Notes: generated from the sequence alone by a model not told the origin. Shown: positions 10,846-24,026, counted from the first letter of the whole stretch. The stretch is 63,847 nt of DNA, filler included, from Craspedostauros australis (GCA_030167865.1; 10 parts of 10 records of this genome joined end to end with filler, not necessarily neighbours in it); one strand, 5' to 3'. Program-made: numbers and translations.

Positions 10846-13800
10846 TTTCCCGTGCGCCTGTACTGGTTCGCTGCCATCAATCCACCCAGCAGCGGCAGCG
10901 TGGTTTGGAAGGTGTAGCTGGGGTCGTCGGCCGCGTTCGCTATCATGGTGTGGTACACTGTCTCTGCATGTTCGTACTTTCCAAAGTAGACAGCAAGGTA
11001 CAGCCGTCCCCAATACGCGCCCCACCTGCGCAGCGGATCGCCTTGCTCGTACTGTTTGAGCTCCATCAACTCGTCCCAGTTGATATCGATCACACCAGCC
11101 ATGCGCTTGATGCCATTGGCGTGCTCCCGGATCAGCTGCGTGTGGGCGTTGATCTTGTACATCTTCATCTGATCGAAGATGGAGTTCACGATCGGCAGTA
11201 GATTCTCGAGGGGATATCCTTGCGTGTATGCGTACATCGTGCATGCGTTGTGGCACAGGATGCCGCCCTCGAAGTCGCCAGATGACATGCACGACTTGTA
11301 CGCGTACTGGAAGTCCGCAACCACTGCTTCTGGCGGTTGGGAGTAAGAATCGATGCACGCAGCGGACAGCTGGTAGATGCCTCCTAACGATTGGCCATTC
11401 GTATTTGCCCTGTGGATGATTTCTTTTGCCAGGTTCGAGTACCTACGAGCATTGGCATACTCGCCGAGCTTGTTGTGAAGCATGCCGAACATGACCAACG
11501 CAAAAGCGGATGCTCCACAGTTGCCGAGGGTCCTCGTGACATGTATCACTCGCACTATGCCCAGCAACAATGCCGTGGTGTCCTTGCAAAAGAATGCGCG
11601 AAGGATGATGCCACTCAGCAAATTGAGGCGTAGCAAGGATTGAGGATCGGTGGTGATGGGACATTGACGCAAGAATTCCTCGTCCGTCGTGCGGCCGAAA
11701 TAGGATCTTGCGGATATGAGCTGTCGAATCGAATGGAAGAAGAAGGCGCGCTTGGGGTAGATCCTGCACAGCTGGGCACTCCTCTTGATGAGGTCTAATG
11801 CCTTCACGTGCTCGTCTTGTCGGCCGAGTGCATGCGCCAACGAGAGATACGTTGGCAGCTTGTCTCCAACGGACTTGGCCCGTTCCAGCACTTCGTTGCA
11901 AAGCGACTGCCCCACGTCGAAGTTGCCCAGTGACAGCTCAACGCCCGATCGAGCGCGGATTAGGCGCAAAGTCAAGTCGTAGTGGACTCTCCATGGATCG
12001 CCACGCACCTTCCGCAGAGCGGTAGTGGCGGTGTGCAAGTACGTTGCGGCTGGGACCAAAGCGGCCATGTGCAGCGCGTGCTCGCCTGCCATGAGATTCT
12101 GTTGTGCGGAAAGTAGGTGATCCTTGGTGGGTGCGCAATTGAGATGCTCCGCCGCGATGAAGAGCAGACCAGCATCGTCGACGAAGGGTGTGTGTAGCGT
12201 GCTGGTGTCTGCACTATCGATGTCCTTGATGTGAGACGACGTCTTCGTGCACAGATCCCAGATACATCGACCAATGCGCAATCGCAGTTTGGTTCGGACT
12301 TCTCCGAACGGCACGATGTCGTGAGCGGCCTGCTGGATGCGATCGTGCGCAAAGCGGTAAGTCGTTTCTCCAATGGAATTGTGCAGCAGACCCTCCAGGA
12401 CGCCCTGCTCCAACCATTCTGAAAGCGGTCTGGCTGCAACCTCAGAAGAGTTTATGTGACTGCCGCCGCCACTGCTGCCGTTGTCGCTGTCGCCGCCCCC
12501 AACACCAACGATGCTACCGCTACCAATCTCATCGAGGATATCTCCGGCGCCGTGATTGTGCTGCTCTTCATAATCCAGAATGATCTGAAGGAGATTGGAA
12601 TCGAACGACGACCGGATGTACGATGCGATGATCAGCACCTTTTGCAATGGTCGCGGCAAGGCCTTCACCTTCGACATCACCAGATGGATGACATCCCTAG
12701 GAACGGCTTGTGAGAAAGTGGCACCATTCCCGCCGCTTTTCGTGGGGTCGTCGTTGAACTCCCATTGGAAGGAGATGCGACTGTAGACCAGAAGGTTGTT
12801 CCGCTCCATGTCCTGCAGCAGCTGTATGGCGTGGAATATATTGCCGTGTGTTTGCTTGTACAAGAAGTCGGTCACCTTCTCGATGTGGCTGTTGTCTTCG
12901 TTTTCGTTGGTATTGGCATTACAATTGCTATTGCTATTGCTATTGCTTTCTTGGTTCTTGTCGTTCCGGAGGAAGAGATGGGTCACCCACTCGTGCAGCT
13001 CTTGTCTTGTGAAGTCGCTGAGATGGATGTTGGTGTACGGAACGCCGCAGCTGCCGTTGCTTGCGTCGCTTGTGTTGTTGGCGGTACGCTTGTTGGCTTG
13101 GGCTGTGTCCTCCGTCTCGTCTTGCGAGTGCAAGCCTTGGATATCATTCAGAATCTTCATGAGGGGCAGGTCGGGATGCAATTCCAAAAGCTCGCCGGGA
13201 GAGTGCGGGTTGACATCCTGACGAATGGTGCCGATCAACAAGAAGTGGGGTTGGTGCAGCGTGGTCGACATCAAATCCATGGTCTCTTGCGATGCCCACT
13301 GTAAGTCGTCCAACACCATCACAAGTGGGCATTCCTTTGATGATATCGTTGTCAAGAATTGGGTGAACGTATACTGGAATCTGCTCCATGATGATGTATC
13401 GGAGGAAGGTTCCTGCAGAGCATCCTGCTGTTGGCTCGTGGAGATGGAAGCGGTGGCGTCATCAGCGTCGTTACTGTGGCTGTCGGTGTGGAAAAGGACG
13501 GAGAGCGCTGGAACGAAAGACATGAGAAGCACCTTTTGTTGCGGCATCATCTGGCTTGCGTTGATTGCAGATCGTAGCCGCTCCAGTTCCGACAACAACG
13601 AAGATTCATTGTTGTTGTTGCTGTTGCTGTTGTTGGACGTGGGGGCGGCATTCGCTTTGCCACCATCTCTGCCTGCGGTTGTGGCCAACGACAGTCCGTT
13701 GCACCAATCCGAAAAGGCTTGGACGATGGCGGAGAAGGGATCATTTTGCTGGTGCTCTTCAAACTTGCCTCGCAGCACATGAAGCTTGTGTTTGTGTTTG

Positions 13801-14450
13801 TGCTTCTGTTGCTCTTGCTGTTGCTGCTGGGTGATGGTATTATCGCCGATGTTGCTGGGGCTGTTGCTCGTTTGCGCGCCATGACGCAGCTGATGGCAGA
13901 ATGTATCCACGAGCTGGGACTTCCCTGTGCCGCTGGTCCCCCAGACAAAGACAGCTGGCAGAAACGGCGTATCCTCCTTCACAACATTGCGGGGTGTTGC
14001 GGTTGGTGGTCGCGATGTTGCTGTTGCCGTCGGTGTTGGCGTTGAAGGTGTTGGTGAGGGCAGTGCGCCGTGCGCTGTTGCTTCGACTTTCATCATGCGA
14101 TTGTAGACGCGATGCAAAATCCGCAGCTCTGTGTCTCTTCCGTAGAAAGACGACAGGCCGCCGTTGCCGTTGCCGTCGCCGTCGCCATCGTCATTGCCGT
14201 TGAGCAAGGTGAAAGGCACCTCCGTCTCCAGTTCCGTCTCGTTGTACCCATCGTCGTAGAAATCATCCCCAGAGCTGAGGACGGTGTCATGCAGGAAAGA
14301 CGATGGTCGTTTTCCTCCAGAGATTGACAGAGTGACCGAGGCATCGTCGATTGAGCAAGTGGATGTCCTAGCTGTCGCTGTCGACTTTGACGTGGATAGC
14401 TGGCTGTTTGCTTTCATGGTCTCTCTGATGCCTTCAGATATGGTTGCCAT
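10846..14450 (-). CDS. Second STAND-class AAA_16 ATPase paralog, 3'-truncated by contig end
   Basis: FYGRDTE, Walker A GTSGTGKS, GKFEE..DPFSAI, Walker B LVMVLDDLQWA, QTHGNIFH, YRFAHDRIQQAA. Collinear with the 866-5137 protein. Confidence 0.85.
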
Positions 14451-15939
14451 CTTGTCGGTCGCTCTTGGATAATTATAAGTATATATTATGATGCAGGTGG
14501 TGAGGCCGTTGATGCGGGGAAGCTGATGGTCCTGTTTTGATTACCGCCCACCCACTTGCCTTCTTCGTTTGCACTTACAGGTGATGGAATAGCTTTATGG
14601 GGACGTTGATCGTAGCCAGAGTTGCCAAAGTTGCATGCATGTCTGTTGATTGGGACGTGACACGGAGCCAAACGGCTTGTGATAGCGGCAGTGTTTGAGA
14701 TGGTTTTGGCAATTCCATGCTTTCCGGTTGCGATACATCAACAACGCTCTGCAGACGGGCCACAGAATCTGACAAGGCAAGGACTTGTCGATTGCCACGC
14801 CGATTTGTTGCGCCCGTCTGTTCGTAAAAGTGGATTTGTGAGCGCCTTGCGTCGCTTGGGACTGAGTCGCTGATCGGTGGCAGATGCGAATCTATCAAAT
14901 GACTCTGTGTTCACAGAGTCGCCAGCAAACTATTATGCCGCGCGTGGCAAAAGTTGAATGGGCTTTTCTTCAGTCAAATGTCGAGTCTTCTTTCAGAGCA
15001 CATTTAACCAACGAAGGGTCGTGGTGGCGCGCATGACCTGACACGACGGCGTTCCGATCGATGCCAACACAATTGAAGACAATATCTGTTCACATGGACG
15101 TGAGTAGCGAAGGACCATCGCGATTTCTTGGTTTTATTGAAAAACACATTGGTGCGTCCACCTCACTTCTTGGCTGGTGTGTTCGTGTCCTTGCGCCTCC
15201 ACCTCTATTCGTGTGATTGTTTGTTTGGTTTTGACCTGTCAGTTTACGAATCTGCCTGCTTGCGAATCTGATCCAAGGATGTTGGCGTCTAGTTTGTGCG
15301 GAACACGCTTGTTGAGATGAAGTGTTGCCGCCTTGTGGGTGTTGGTACGAGGTTTCTGGAGTAAAGATCCACGATGGAAGCGGGTTTGTCCATAGCAGAC
15401 GTACAGATGAGTCTCCATCCACGGTCTCTTTGATCAACTCTGGGCAACCTGCGTGGTCAGTGAAACACTGTACGCATGTTTTTTGCCTTGGAGTGCGGTG
15501 GTCGTGCAGTATTCGCTTATCGTACGGGATGAACAAAGGATGGAAGAGAAGTCCATCTCCAGAATTCATGGAAAGAGCCTGAGACTTTCGTGGTACGAGC
15601 TCCGTACGATGACGAAGCCAGATGGAACATTGGGCAAATTAATGTTGGTTCTAAACGTGTATATACGACTTCTTCGACCGTATCCAAGTGGCACGTTTGG
15701 AACATCACAGAACCAACTGCGCGAAAATACGTGAACACACACGCACCCACATGGTACCAATGTTTCTTTCCCATCCATCAATTCTTCAACAAGCCAATGC
15801 TGCATCCATCCACCCATCCATCCACCAGCAACGGCGAGCGTCATTTCACATCCTCCTTCGTCGCCATCAACCAATTCGTAAATTCGTCAACCTCCCACAA
15901 CCCGAGCCAAGCGACGAAGCGTCCGAGCGGCTGAGCAAC

Positions 15940-17358
15940 ATGGTCCAAATTCAACGCCTGTTGGCACCGGCCGCCTTGCCATCGGCAACCATTTCCGTCG
16001 TGAGCTACAACGTGCTGCTGCCCAACAGCGTCGATGGTTGGTGGAACTTCAAGATGTACATGCCACCGCTGACGCAGCAGCCGCATCAGCTCCCAAGCGG
16101 CGAGTTTGACGAAAACGGCAGCATCTTCCAATCCACCTGGGAATATCGCAAGGACCTTCTGCGCCAGCGCATCTCGACTCTGAATGCGGACGTCGTTTGC
16201 TTCCAGGAATGCTCGCCCAGATCCTTCGAAGATGACTTTGATTTCATGAAGGAGCTGGGATACAGCGATCACGAGCTGTTCAAGAAAGGGCGATTCCGAC
16301 CTGCGACGTTCTGGAAATCCGACAAGCTCGAGTTGGCATCGCCAGCGGTGCACAAGGACCGGACGTTGCTGACGGCATTGCGCGTGCGGTCCGAGACTGC
16401 GCAGCAATCCTCGTCAGCGCAGGACGCCAGCGCGTGGTACATCCTCAATTGCCATCTGCAGGCCGGAAAGCAAGCACCGAGGCGTGTGCGACAAATCAAC
16501 GAGGGCATCAAGGCCGTCATGACGTTGGCCAGGAAGCTGAAGCAGCCGTCGCCCGAAACGGACGTCAAGCTCATTGTCTGCGGCGACTTCAACGGCGGAC
16601 CGGAATGCGGCGCGGTGCGTTTCTTGGAAGATGGGTACATCGACGACACCTTCCGCGAGGATGGCGAGCCGGTGTCATCCAATCGAAAGAACCTGCCGTT
16701 GGCATCGCCCATGACAGATGTGGTCAGCATCGCCAATGTCATGGTCGATGACGACAGCAGCGGTTACGATGCGGCACAAGGAAGATCGCCACCCCCGACC
16801 ATGGTGGTCTCCGAGTTGATTTCCAATCTCATCGAGAAGGGCACGGAAGATGATCCGAAGCTCTGCCGAAGCATGCTGGATCGTTTGGGGAGGATATACG
16901 CACGTCTCGCCACGAGCGAGAGCGGTCAGATGTCCCTCGCGGATGTGGAAGGGTGGTTGACCAAGATCAACTTCGAATTGGGCAGAGGCGACGAGTACCG
17001 CGAGGCTGCTAAGCAGATGGGCTACGTCGATGATGGAGATCCGGATGCCTCACGTGACGAAAAGAAGAAGCGCGTGCGTCTGCCCGAATCCGGCGAATTG
17101 TCGTTGCAAGGCTTCATCGAGGTGTACCACAAGGAGGTGCGCGCCGGTAAATTCTGGGGCGTGGGACATGACATGGCCGTGCTGGGCGATCCCTTGCCGG
17201 ATGACGGCGTCTTCACGGCGCGTTACGATCGCATGTACTGCAGCGCTGCAGTGCAGACGACCGCGGTGATTGATACACCGTGCGAGAAATCCTGCCCAAA
17301 CGCAGAGGAACCGTCGGATCATCTGCCAGTGTCGGCGTCGTTCGTGGCTTCTACGTGA
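15940..17358 (+). CDS. Endonuclease/exonuclease/phosphatase (EEP; CCR4/nocturnin/PDE12-like) protein
   Basis: VVSYNVL, ADVVCFQE, ILNCHLQAG, IVCGDFN, YDRMY, PSDHLPV. The start is taken at MVQIQ; the frame is open further upstream. Confidence 0.85.
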   Translation: MVQIQRLLAPAALPSATISVVSYNVLLPNSVDGWWNFKMYMPPLTQQPHQLPSGEFDENGSIFQSTWEYRKDLLRQRISTLNADVVCFQECSPRSFEDDFDFMKELGYSDHELFKKGRFRPATFWKSDKLELASPAVHKDRTLLTALRVRSETAQQSSSAQDASAWYILNCHLQAGKQAPRRVRQINEGIKAVMTLARKLKQPSPETDVKLIVCGDFNGGPECGAVRFLEDGYIDDTFREDGEPVSSNRKNLPLASPMTDVVSIANVMVDDDSSGYDAAQGRSPPPTMVVSELISNLIEKGTEDDPKLCRSMLDRLGRIYARLATSESGQMSLADVEGWLTKINFELGRGDEYREAAKQMGYVDDGDPDASRDEKKKRVRLPESGELSLQGFIEVYHKEVRAGKFWGVGHDMAVLGDPLPDDGVFTARYDRMYCSAAVQTTAVIDTPCEKSCPNAEEPSDHLPVSASFVAST

Positions 17359-17520
17359 ACGTCGAGAGGAATGAATTGATGTCACTCTATCTTCTCGTTA
17401 ACTTACTGGCATACTGTTTTCTTGGTTTTGCACGAGCGCATCCGGTAGAACAATCTGAAATATACTTTTGCGAGGGGAAGTGACACTTGGCAACTGGATC
17501 GTCGCCCAGCAAGTGCATGG

Positions 17521-18639
17521 TCATGCCGCTCTCTGGAAGTATGAGGTGATAGCATTGCCGTTGGCGCTGACATTGGTATTGCTCGATTGTTGCGATGATT
17601 CGTTCGTGATACTCCGTGCTCGCGTGGTGGCTACATGCGGTCTCTTCAGGACAGCATCGCGTTGTTGGGCAAGAACGGATGAATGTTTGTATGAATGTGA
17701 CGCAGACAACCATCGGTAGAGATGCGACTTGGTCTTGCGTTGCCTGGCACTGGTCTCGCGACTGCGAAGTGCCGCTGCCATCCGGGCCTCGGCGCGTAGC
17801 CATTGTGGGAGGTCGCTCCAAATGGTTGCATCCGAGCCTTCGTAGCCTGCTGCTTCCGCCGTTGCTGTTTCTGCCGTCGTTGTGGTTGAGGAGATGGATG
17901 GATACTGTGAATAGGGGACCGATTGTTCCGTAGAAGTCGAGGCATTCTGATTGTGGGACTCCTGCTTCTGCTTCAGTATCTGCTCAGGTCCATCCATGGT
18001 TTCGGAACTATCGCCGCCGTCGTTGTGAGAGTCGATCTGTGAATCATGCGAGGCTTTTGATGAGTTCTTGGCACTGTCTGTGTGAGTGTCCGATCCTTGT
18101 ATCGAAACGCACTCGATATCATCGCTTCCATAGATATCCTCGCTGGAATCATCACTGCCGTCGTCGACTCGTCCTGGAGGGAGACGTTGGAGCTCCTCCA
18201 ACAAGTCCTGGCTCACACAGATCGGTGTACCTTGTGCGGATTTATGTTGTCGCCTATGCCTATCAGATGACGCCACTTCGATACTCTCGACAATGGAGGC
18301 CTCAGAGGGCTCCGGCCAATCATTGGAATTGGACAATTGGTGAACCGTTGGATCAGAGGCATCGTGGCTTGAACCTTGGGATGAAGCGGCGGTATTCCAT
18401 TCCATCATCGTCGGCAGTCTCCGCGAATTATCAGATTCGTCACCGTCACGGGTGCCATCACTATCACTATCACCATCAATTGCAATGTCATGTTGATCGC
18501 CGCCATTCCATGGAGTGTCGGACGGTTCCCTTCGGCTGCCGCAGAAGCTGTACTTGCTCTGGATTTTGGCAAGGATCCGATCGGTCATCTGTTCTGCCAA
18601 CCGCCGTCGCTTCGTTGGTGGACGTTGGACCAGCATCAT
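17521..18639 (-). CDS. Hypothetical acidic/Ser-rich disordered protein with NLS-like and possible UBM/PIP-like motifs
   Basis: 372-aa ATG ORF with PPTKRRR near the N-terminus, DATIWSDLPQWLRAE internally and terminal NAITSYFQR. Confidence 0.5.
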   Translation of the reverse strand: MMLVQRPPTKRRRLAEQMTDRILAKIQSKYSFCGSRREPSDTPWNGGDQHDIAIDGDSDSDGTRDGDESDNSRRLPTMMEWNTAASSQGSSHDASDPTVHQLSNSNDWPEPSEASIVESIEVASSDRHRRQHKSAQGTPICVSQDLLEELQRLPPGRVDDGSDDSSEDIYGSDDIECVSIQGSDTHTDSAKNSSKASHDSQIDSHNDGGDSSETMDGPEQILKQKQESHNQNASTSTEQSVPYSQYPSISSTTTTAETATAEAAGYEGSDATIWSDLPQWLRAEARMAAALRSRETSARQRKTKSHLYRWLSASHSYKHSSVLAQQRDAVLKRPHVATTRARSITNESSQQSSNTNVSANGNAITSYFQRAA

Positions 18640-21600
18640 GACGCCGTCATCAATGTTATCAACAAGATGCTTCTGCTAATGCTGCTGCAGATAGTGCTGC
18701 TGGAATTGAACCGCTGTTGATCGTCACGGGCAACAAAAAACCGTCGCAATCTTCCTATGCGCTTTCGATGCGCTTTTGATGTGATTGCTTGTTGTGACAT
18801 TGCGCCTTGTTGCATTGTTTTGTGTGGACGTTTCTTTTCTTGAATGTGATGTGATCAGTTGTTCATTCCGCGCCATTTTATTTGGGGGTTGAGTCCCTTG
18901 AATATGGGGTTCCCCTTAATATATCCCCCAGTTTTGTTGTCCCCGAATTGGCACGTTCGAGAGGAGATAGCTAACGACGGAGGCAAGAAAGGAGACAAGG
19001 TCCAACCCAACCGCCGAGTTCCGAAAGTGCGCCCAAATCGCAGGAAGCAACGGAGTCTTCGACCTCAGGGTCTACGCCAAGAGCGCCTGGTGCATCAAGA
19101 TCAGCTGCATGAGATCAGGCTTCATCGGCGAGTCGCGATTCCGCCCAAGCAGGTGCTCACATCGAATGTTGCGCGTTGGCAAAGCAGTTTCCTTCAACCT
19201 TGGAAACTACAACAGCACCGAAGAGTACGACGACTTCGGCCACGACAACGAATCGGAAGTCTTCCAGTTCGGTGGCGCAGTGCAGGGTCATCAGTACGAA
19301 GAGACCGAGGCTGAGGACATGTTCCCCATCGATGTAGAAACGCAAAAACAGTACGATACAAGTAACATGAAGCGATGCAAAACTCAGAACAATAGAAACA
19401 TCAACAAGGTCGATCAACGGCGTTCTCTGAGGAACTCTACTCTGTTTGATATAATACTTCATGAAGGAAAGAGAATGCTTTGGTGTTGGCAGGTGAAGGA
19501 TGATTCTGTGTAGTATTTATTGAACAATTCTGTTCTCTCTCTTTCTGGTCGTACTTGTGCTCGTAGTAGTCGTTGTAGCAGACAAGATCGAAAGATGTCC
19601 AAGCAGGATTACACGCTCGCTGCCGCTGCACTCAATTGCGCGACCAGAGCAAAATTGTAGAAGCAGCGTTGATTGTGGGAAGCAACATGAGCGCGACAGT
19701 CGGAGAAACTCCACGGATGTTGTTTCATGTCATGGAACATCGTGACATGCAGTATTTGCAAGTTGGAATTCAGTTGGTGCAGTTCTGTCTCTCCCCCTCC
19801 CCTCAGCGGAGAGCAATAGTAGAGTGAGCAGGGATGATACTCGTACGTACTGTCATGTCTCCGAAGGGAGTGAACGATGGGTGCGACAGCAACTGCAGCG
19901 TTTCTAATCCCTCTGCAATACCTCATGCGGCTTCGCCATTTGATGAACAGTGCGGGCTCTGCTATTATCGCATCACATCGTCGACAGAAGTGCGTGCCCT
20001 TTGTCTTCGATGCTGCTTTGCTCCTGTTCGCCGTGTGGTGGGAGACAGGACCACGAGTCGGTGGCAAAAGGAGATTGCCCATCGGAATTGTTGTTGGCAT
20101 TCGCTGCGTGCGGCCACGACACGAGACGACATGAGGTGACATGGCATGGCACGACACGACGTGACATCATGAAGGCAGCAGCATCGCCAACAGAAGAGAC
20201 GGCGGCTTGGTACAACATGCAAATGCCTGCTATACCTCCACCTCGCAATAGGTCCGACATCGAGGTGGCGGGGCAACGAAGAATGTGCGTAAGCAGACTT
20301 GCGAATCGCTTCAACCGCGAAATCGATGTCTTGGGAGGGCGAGTGCAACAAGAACACCAGCCATCGGATGCACGAAGATTGAGAAGCGAGGAGATGTGCG
20401 AAGTACAAGAAGCGCGGCAGTGGGGTGTCGCTCTCCATCTCGACCATTAGCAAAGCAGACAAAGCCAGAGGGGCATCACACTTGTGACATTTCGAGCATA
20501 CCTTGTATTCTGGTTGGAGTACACTGTTGTGCTACTGTCTTCTCTTTGTCGACTTGCATGAGCAGGTCGTACAGTATGGACAACCAAGCAAGAATGACTT
20601 GTGATTTTACCAGTTTTGGATACGAGAATGCAACAATAAAAACAATTTGAGCAGAGCGTGAGATTGTGGATCAGGTAGTCTTCTCCATTGAACCACACAT
20701 CCTTGTACTTGTAAATGAAGCATCGTATTGTATCATAGTACTCTCTGGAGTTGTGGTGTCATCGTTGTTGCTCACGTCAGCCCCTCACGTCCACGTTCAT
20801 CGTCATGAGAACGCGCCATGCGGTGCGAGAAGTTTTGGCAATTCGACACTCTTGTGCTTACGACGGTGTTCTTGCTTGGAGATTGTTCGCAAAATTGCTC
20901 AGGAGAGCACAGTTTTGATTTTGTGAGCAGGGCAGAGATGAGAGCTGTGAGTACTTATGATCGCACATGTCCCACGACATGTCATACTGACATTCACTGT
21001 TCTTTCGAAAATGTGACTCAGCCAATCAAACGGATGCTCAGGGATTGTATACAGGAATGGAGGTTGCATGCAGCATTTGGCAAGTCGTTTTTGTGTCGTC
21101 GTTGTATTGCTTGCTTGTCTGTGTCACAGTTTCTGCTTCAAGTCACACACTGTAACCATTCTCGACACGTTGTTTATGGAGGCAAGTTCTGGAAACGCGA
21201 AGTTGTTGAGCCTGTGATTGAAGCTGCGCAAAGTGGCTGAGAGTAAATTACTCGCGGAAGCGCGAAGAATAGAGCACTTCGTGTCCGTTCTGTGCTGCTT
21301 GGCGAAGCGACCAATCTGCGCTGTCGGCAGCAGTCGCCGGTGGTGGCGGCGCGGGGGGCAGTTCAAAATGCAATAATTGGCTCTATTTCATAGCGTTTAA
21401 GTCATAAATCGCTTGTTTCCGCCTAGTTCTTATCCTCGACGGAATAATATGGCATTTTNGTTNNTTTTTGGATAATTGGTGCTTTCCCCCCAAAATTCGC
21501 CCGAGTTGCTTTCGCTCTTCGTCATTGCTCCATTTCCCCACTTTACACTGTGTCGGTGTTTGCTGAGCGTGTTTTCGTCTCCGGTCCGCGCAAAACAAGG

Positions 21601-22804
21601 CTGCTGTCTTGGGCCAGCGCAGAGCACACAAAACTCACAACCCCAACACTCTCCACAGAGATCATTGCTCCACAGAGCACTTCGTTCCTGTTACAACCAC
21701 AACCACAACAATAACAACAACAACAGGTACACCAACATCACCACTGCAACAGTGTTTCGTCCATGGGTGGCTCCTGNNNNNNNNNNNNNNNNNNNNNNNN
21801 NNNNNNNNNNNNNNNNNNNNNNNNNNACAACAACAGGTACACCAACATCACCACTGCAACAGTGTTTCGTCCATGGGTGGCTCCTGTATGCGATGCAACT
21901 GGAATTCGTCTGTTCCAACAGTTCTTCCTGCACCAGCAATGATGTCCGGTGAATTAGTTGCTTGGTTGCCACTGTGCCACAGCAACAATGGAATGCTTGG
22001 CTNTAGTNCGTTGTATGCCTCAATTTGTGTTCGATACACNTTGTGTTCGCCCATCATGCAGATCGAACAAGGGGCTTCCTGTGGGTGGCTGCATTCCCTC
22101 CATGCACAAGACTGTCCATTTGCTTGCACTCCTTGTCCTGGTTTCCGGATGACCAGGACCGCCATGGTAGGATCGCAACCGAGGTGATTTTCTCCACACC
22201 TTTTCTCTCTGGATTTTGGTGTCCTTCTTTTGTTGTTGTCAGGCGTGTTGGTACAGCCGTTCGTTCCTTTGTTGACATGTCAATGACTATCCTTTATGTT
22301 GGGAATGAGGTTCATGTGCATGCTCGTATTGTCGGTTCTGTTGAGATCATCAACATACAGTGGGGCATTTTAGTGTCGACCTTCTAGGCAACGCAAAACA
22401 CTCCGAAGCTGGTGGGGATGTCATGCTCCTTTTTGTACACCTGCATTATCTACATGCCACCCTCAAGCAAGGTGTATTGCAGTGATTGGCTAAACATGCA
22501 TTGTTTTGTGGAACTATATCAAGGTTGTATTGATCATTCACACTGCATGGCTGTTGTAGGCTTTCTCTGGAGGTGCCTGTGTTGTTTTCCATTTTCCTTC
22601 TCACAGCATGGGTGCTCGCACATGCATACGCACTCTTCCACAACTCACTGACAGCCACAACAAACTCCATTGCGGGTATCACCACCAACGCAAATGACTA
22701 ACAACAACGCAGCTACTTGTGCAACACCAGATGAACGATACGAGATTGAGGTAGGGACTATGTGAGAAAATTATATTATGCACCAGACGGCTCACTCCCG
22801 TCCA

Positions 22805-22940
22805 GAGCTGCTGTCATCGCTGCTTGCACTGCCACTCGTCGGGCTGCTGCTGACGCTCCCACTTGTTGTGCTGCCACTCATGCCCTCGCTTGTTGTGCTG
22901 TCGTCCATGCCCTCGCTCGTTGTGCTGTTGCTCTCCTCGC
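22805..22940. repeat. Degenerate ~30-bp tandem repeat
   Basis: Units like TGCCCTCGCTTGTTGTGCTGTCGTCCA, reading STTSEGMxx on the minus strand. Confidence 0.55.
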
Positions 22941-23186
22941 TTCTGGCTTCTTCCTCCACCATTTCCTCCATATCCACCTCCCGTGAGGCAGCTGCTCCTG
23001 AGGGGGGCGCCAGTGATGCCACCCAATTCTCCATTTCCCTGATATCCGCCATGGTCTCCTGCAGGTCAAACAAANNNNNNNNNNNNNNNNNNNNNNNNNN
23101 NNNNNNNNNNNNNNNNNNTTAATTAATTAANNNNNNNNNNNNNNNNNNNNNNNNNNNNNNNNNNNNNNNNNNNNGCAAGGTCCCGC

Positions 23187-24026
23187 ATGCAGCTGGAGTC
23201 AGAGAAGTACTCCCTGAGCACAGCCGAAGGAAAAGTCCATGATGGTCTGTTGATGTTCAAGGTCCTGATGGAGAAGTCATTGGTCAACACCAACGCAACC
23301 ATCAGCATGCTGCGAAGCAACCTGGCCAACCTGCCAAGCAAGATCGGCGATCTCTCGGACAACATCACCGAACTCAACGAGTATGCAAAATTGCAACGCA
23401 ACGGATTGACGGCACGTGGACAAGTCACCCACGACCTGCTGATCTACCTCTTCGACGCCTACAAGCAGGTGAACGATGAGACCTTCCGCCGGTACATCGA
23501 AAGCAAGGAGGACCAGCACAACGAAGGGATCGCGATTGACGCCGACGAACTCATGGATCTGGTAGACAAGAAATACAAGACCATGGTGGAGCGCGGAACG
23601 TGGAAGGCCCAGACAGAGGACCAGAAACACATCGTGGCGCTGACGGCAGAACTCGAGAAGATGAAGAAAGCCAACAAGGGCGGCAACGGAAAGAAGGGCA
23701 AGGACAGCAAGGACGGCAAGGGCAAGAAGGGCAAGAAGGGCAAAGAGAAGGACGGAAAGAAAGGAGGATCTGGGGACACCCCATGGTTCTATCAACCACC
23801 GGCCAGCGGAGAGCCCAAGACCAAGCAGGATCCGAGTGGAAAAGATGTCCACTGGTGCCCCAACCACGGAACCAACGGCAAGTGGGTCCGGCACAAGCCA
23901 TCGGAGTGCAAGGCCCTCAAGGGAGGGGTCAATTCGGATGGGAAGCCTGACAAATCAGGAGGAGATGGTACTTCCAGCAACAAGCCAACGGTGGCCATGC
24001 CACATGTGGCCGAAGAGGAGTACTGA
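23187..24026 (+). CDS. gag: Gag C-terminal part (5'-truncated) with CHHC-type zinc knuckle
   Basis: Helical capsid-like region, K/G-rich linker, and WCPNHGTNGKWVRHKPSEC directly upstream of pol. Confidence 0.8.
   Translation: MQLESEKYSLSTAEGKVHDGLLMFKVLMEKSLVNTNATISMLRSNLANLPSKIGDLSDNITELNEYAKLQRNGLTARGQVTHDLLIYLFDAYKQVNDETFRRYIESKEDQHNEGIAIDADELMDLVDKKYKTMVERGTWKAQTEDQKHIVALTAELEKMKKANKGGNGKKGKDSKDGKGKKGKKGKEKDGKKGGSGDTPWFYQPPASGEPKTKQDPSGKDVHWCPNHGTNGKWVRHKPSECKALKGGVNSDGKPDKSGGDGTSSNKPTVAMPHVAEEEY

Noticed and set aside
18859..22700. Many short ORFs and possible degenerate repeat remnants
   Set aside because: No consistent frame, domain motif or paired termini could be supported.
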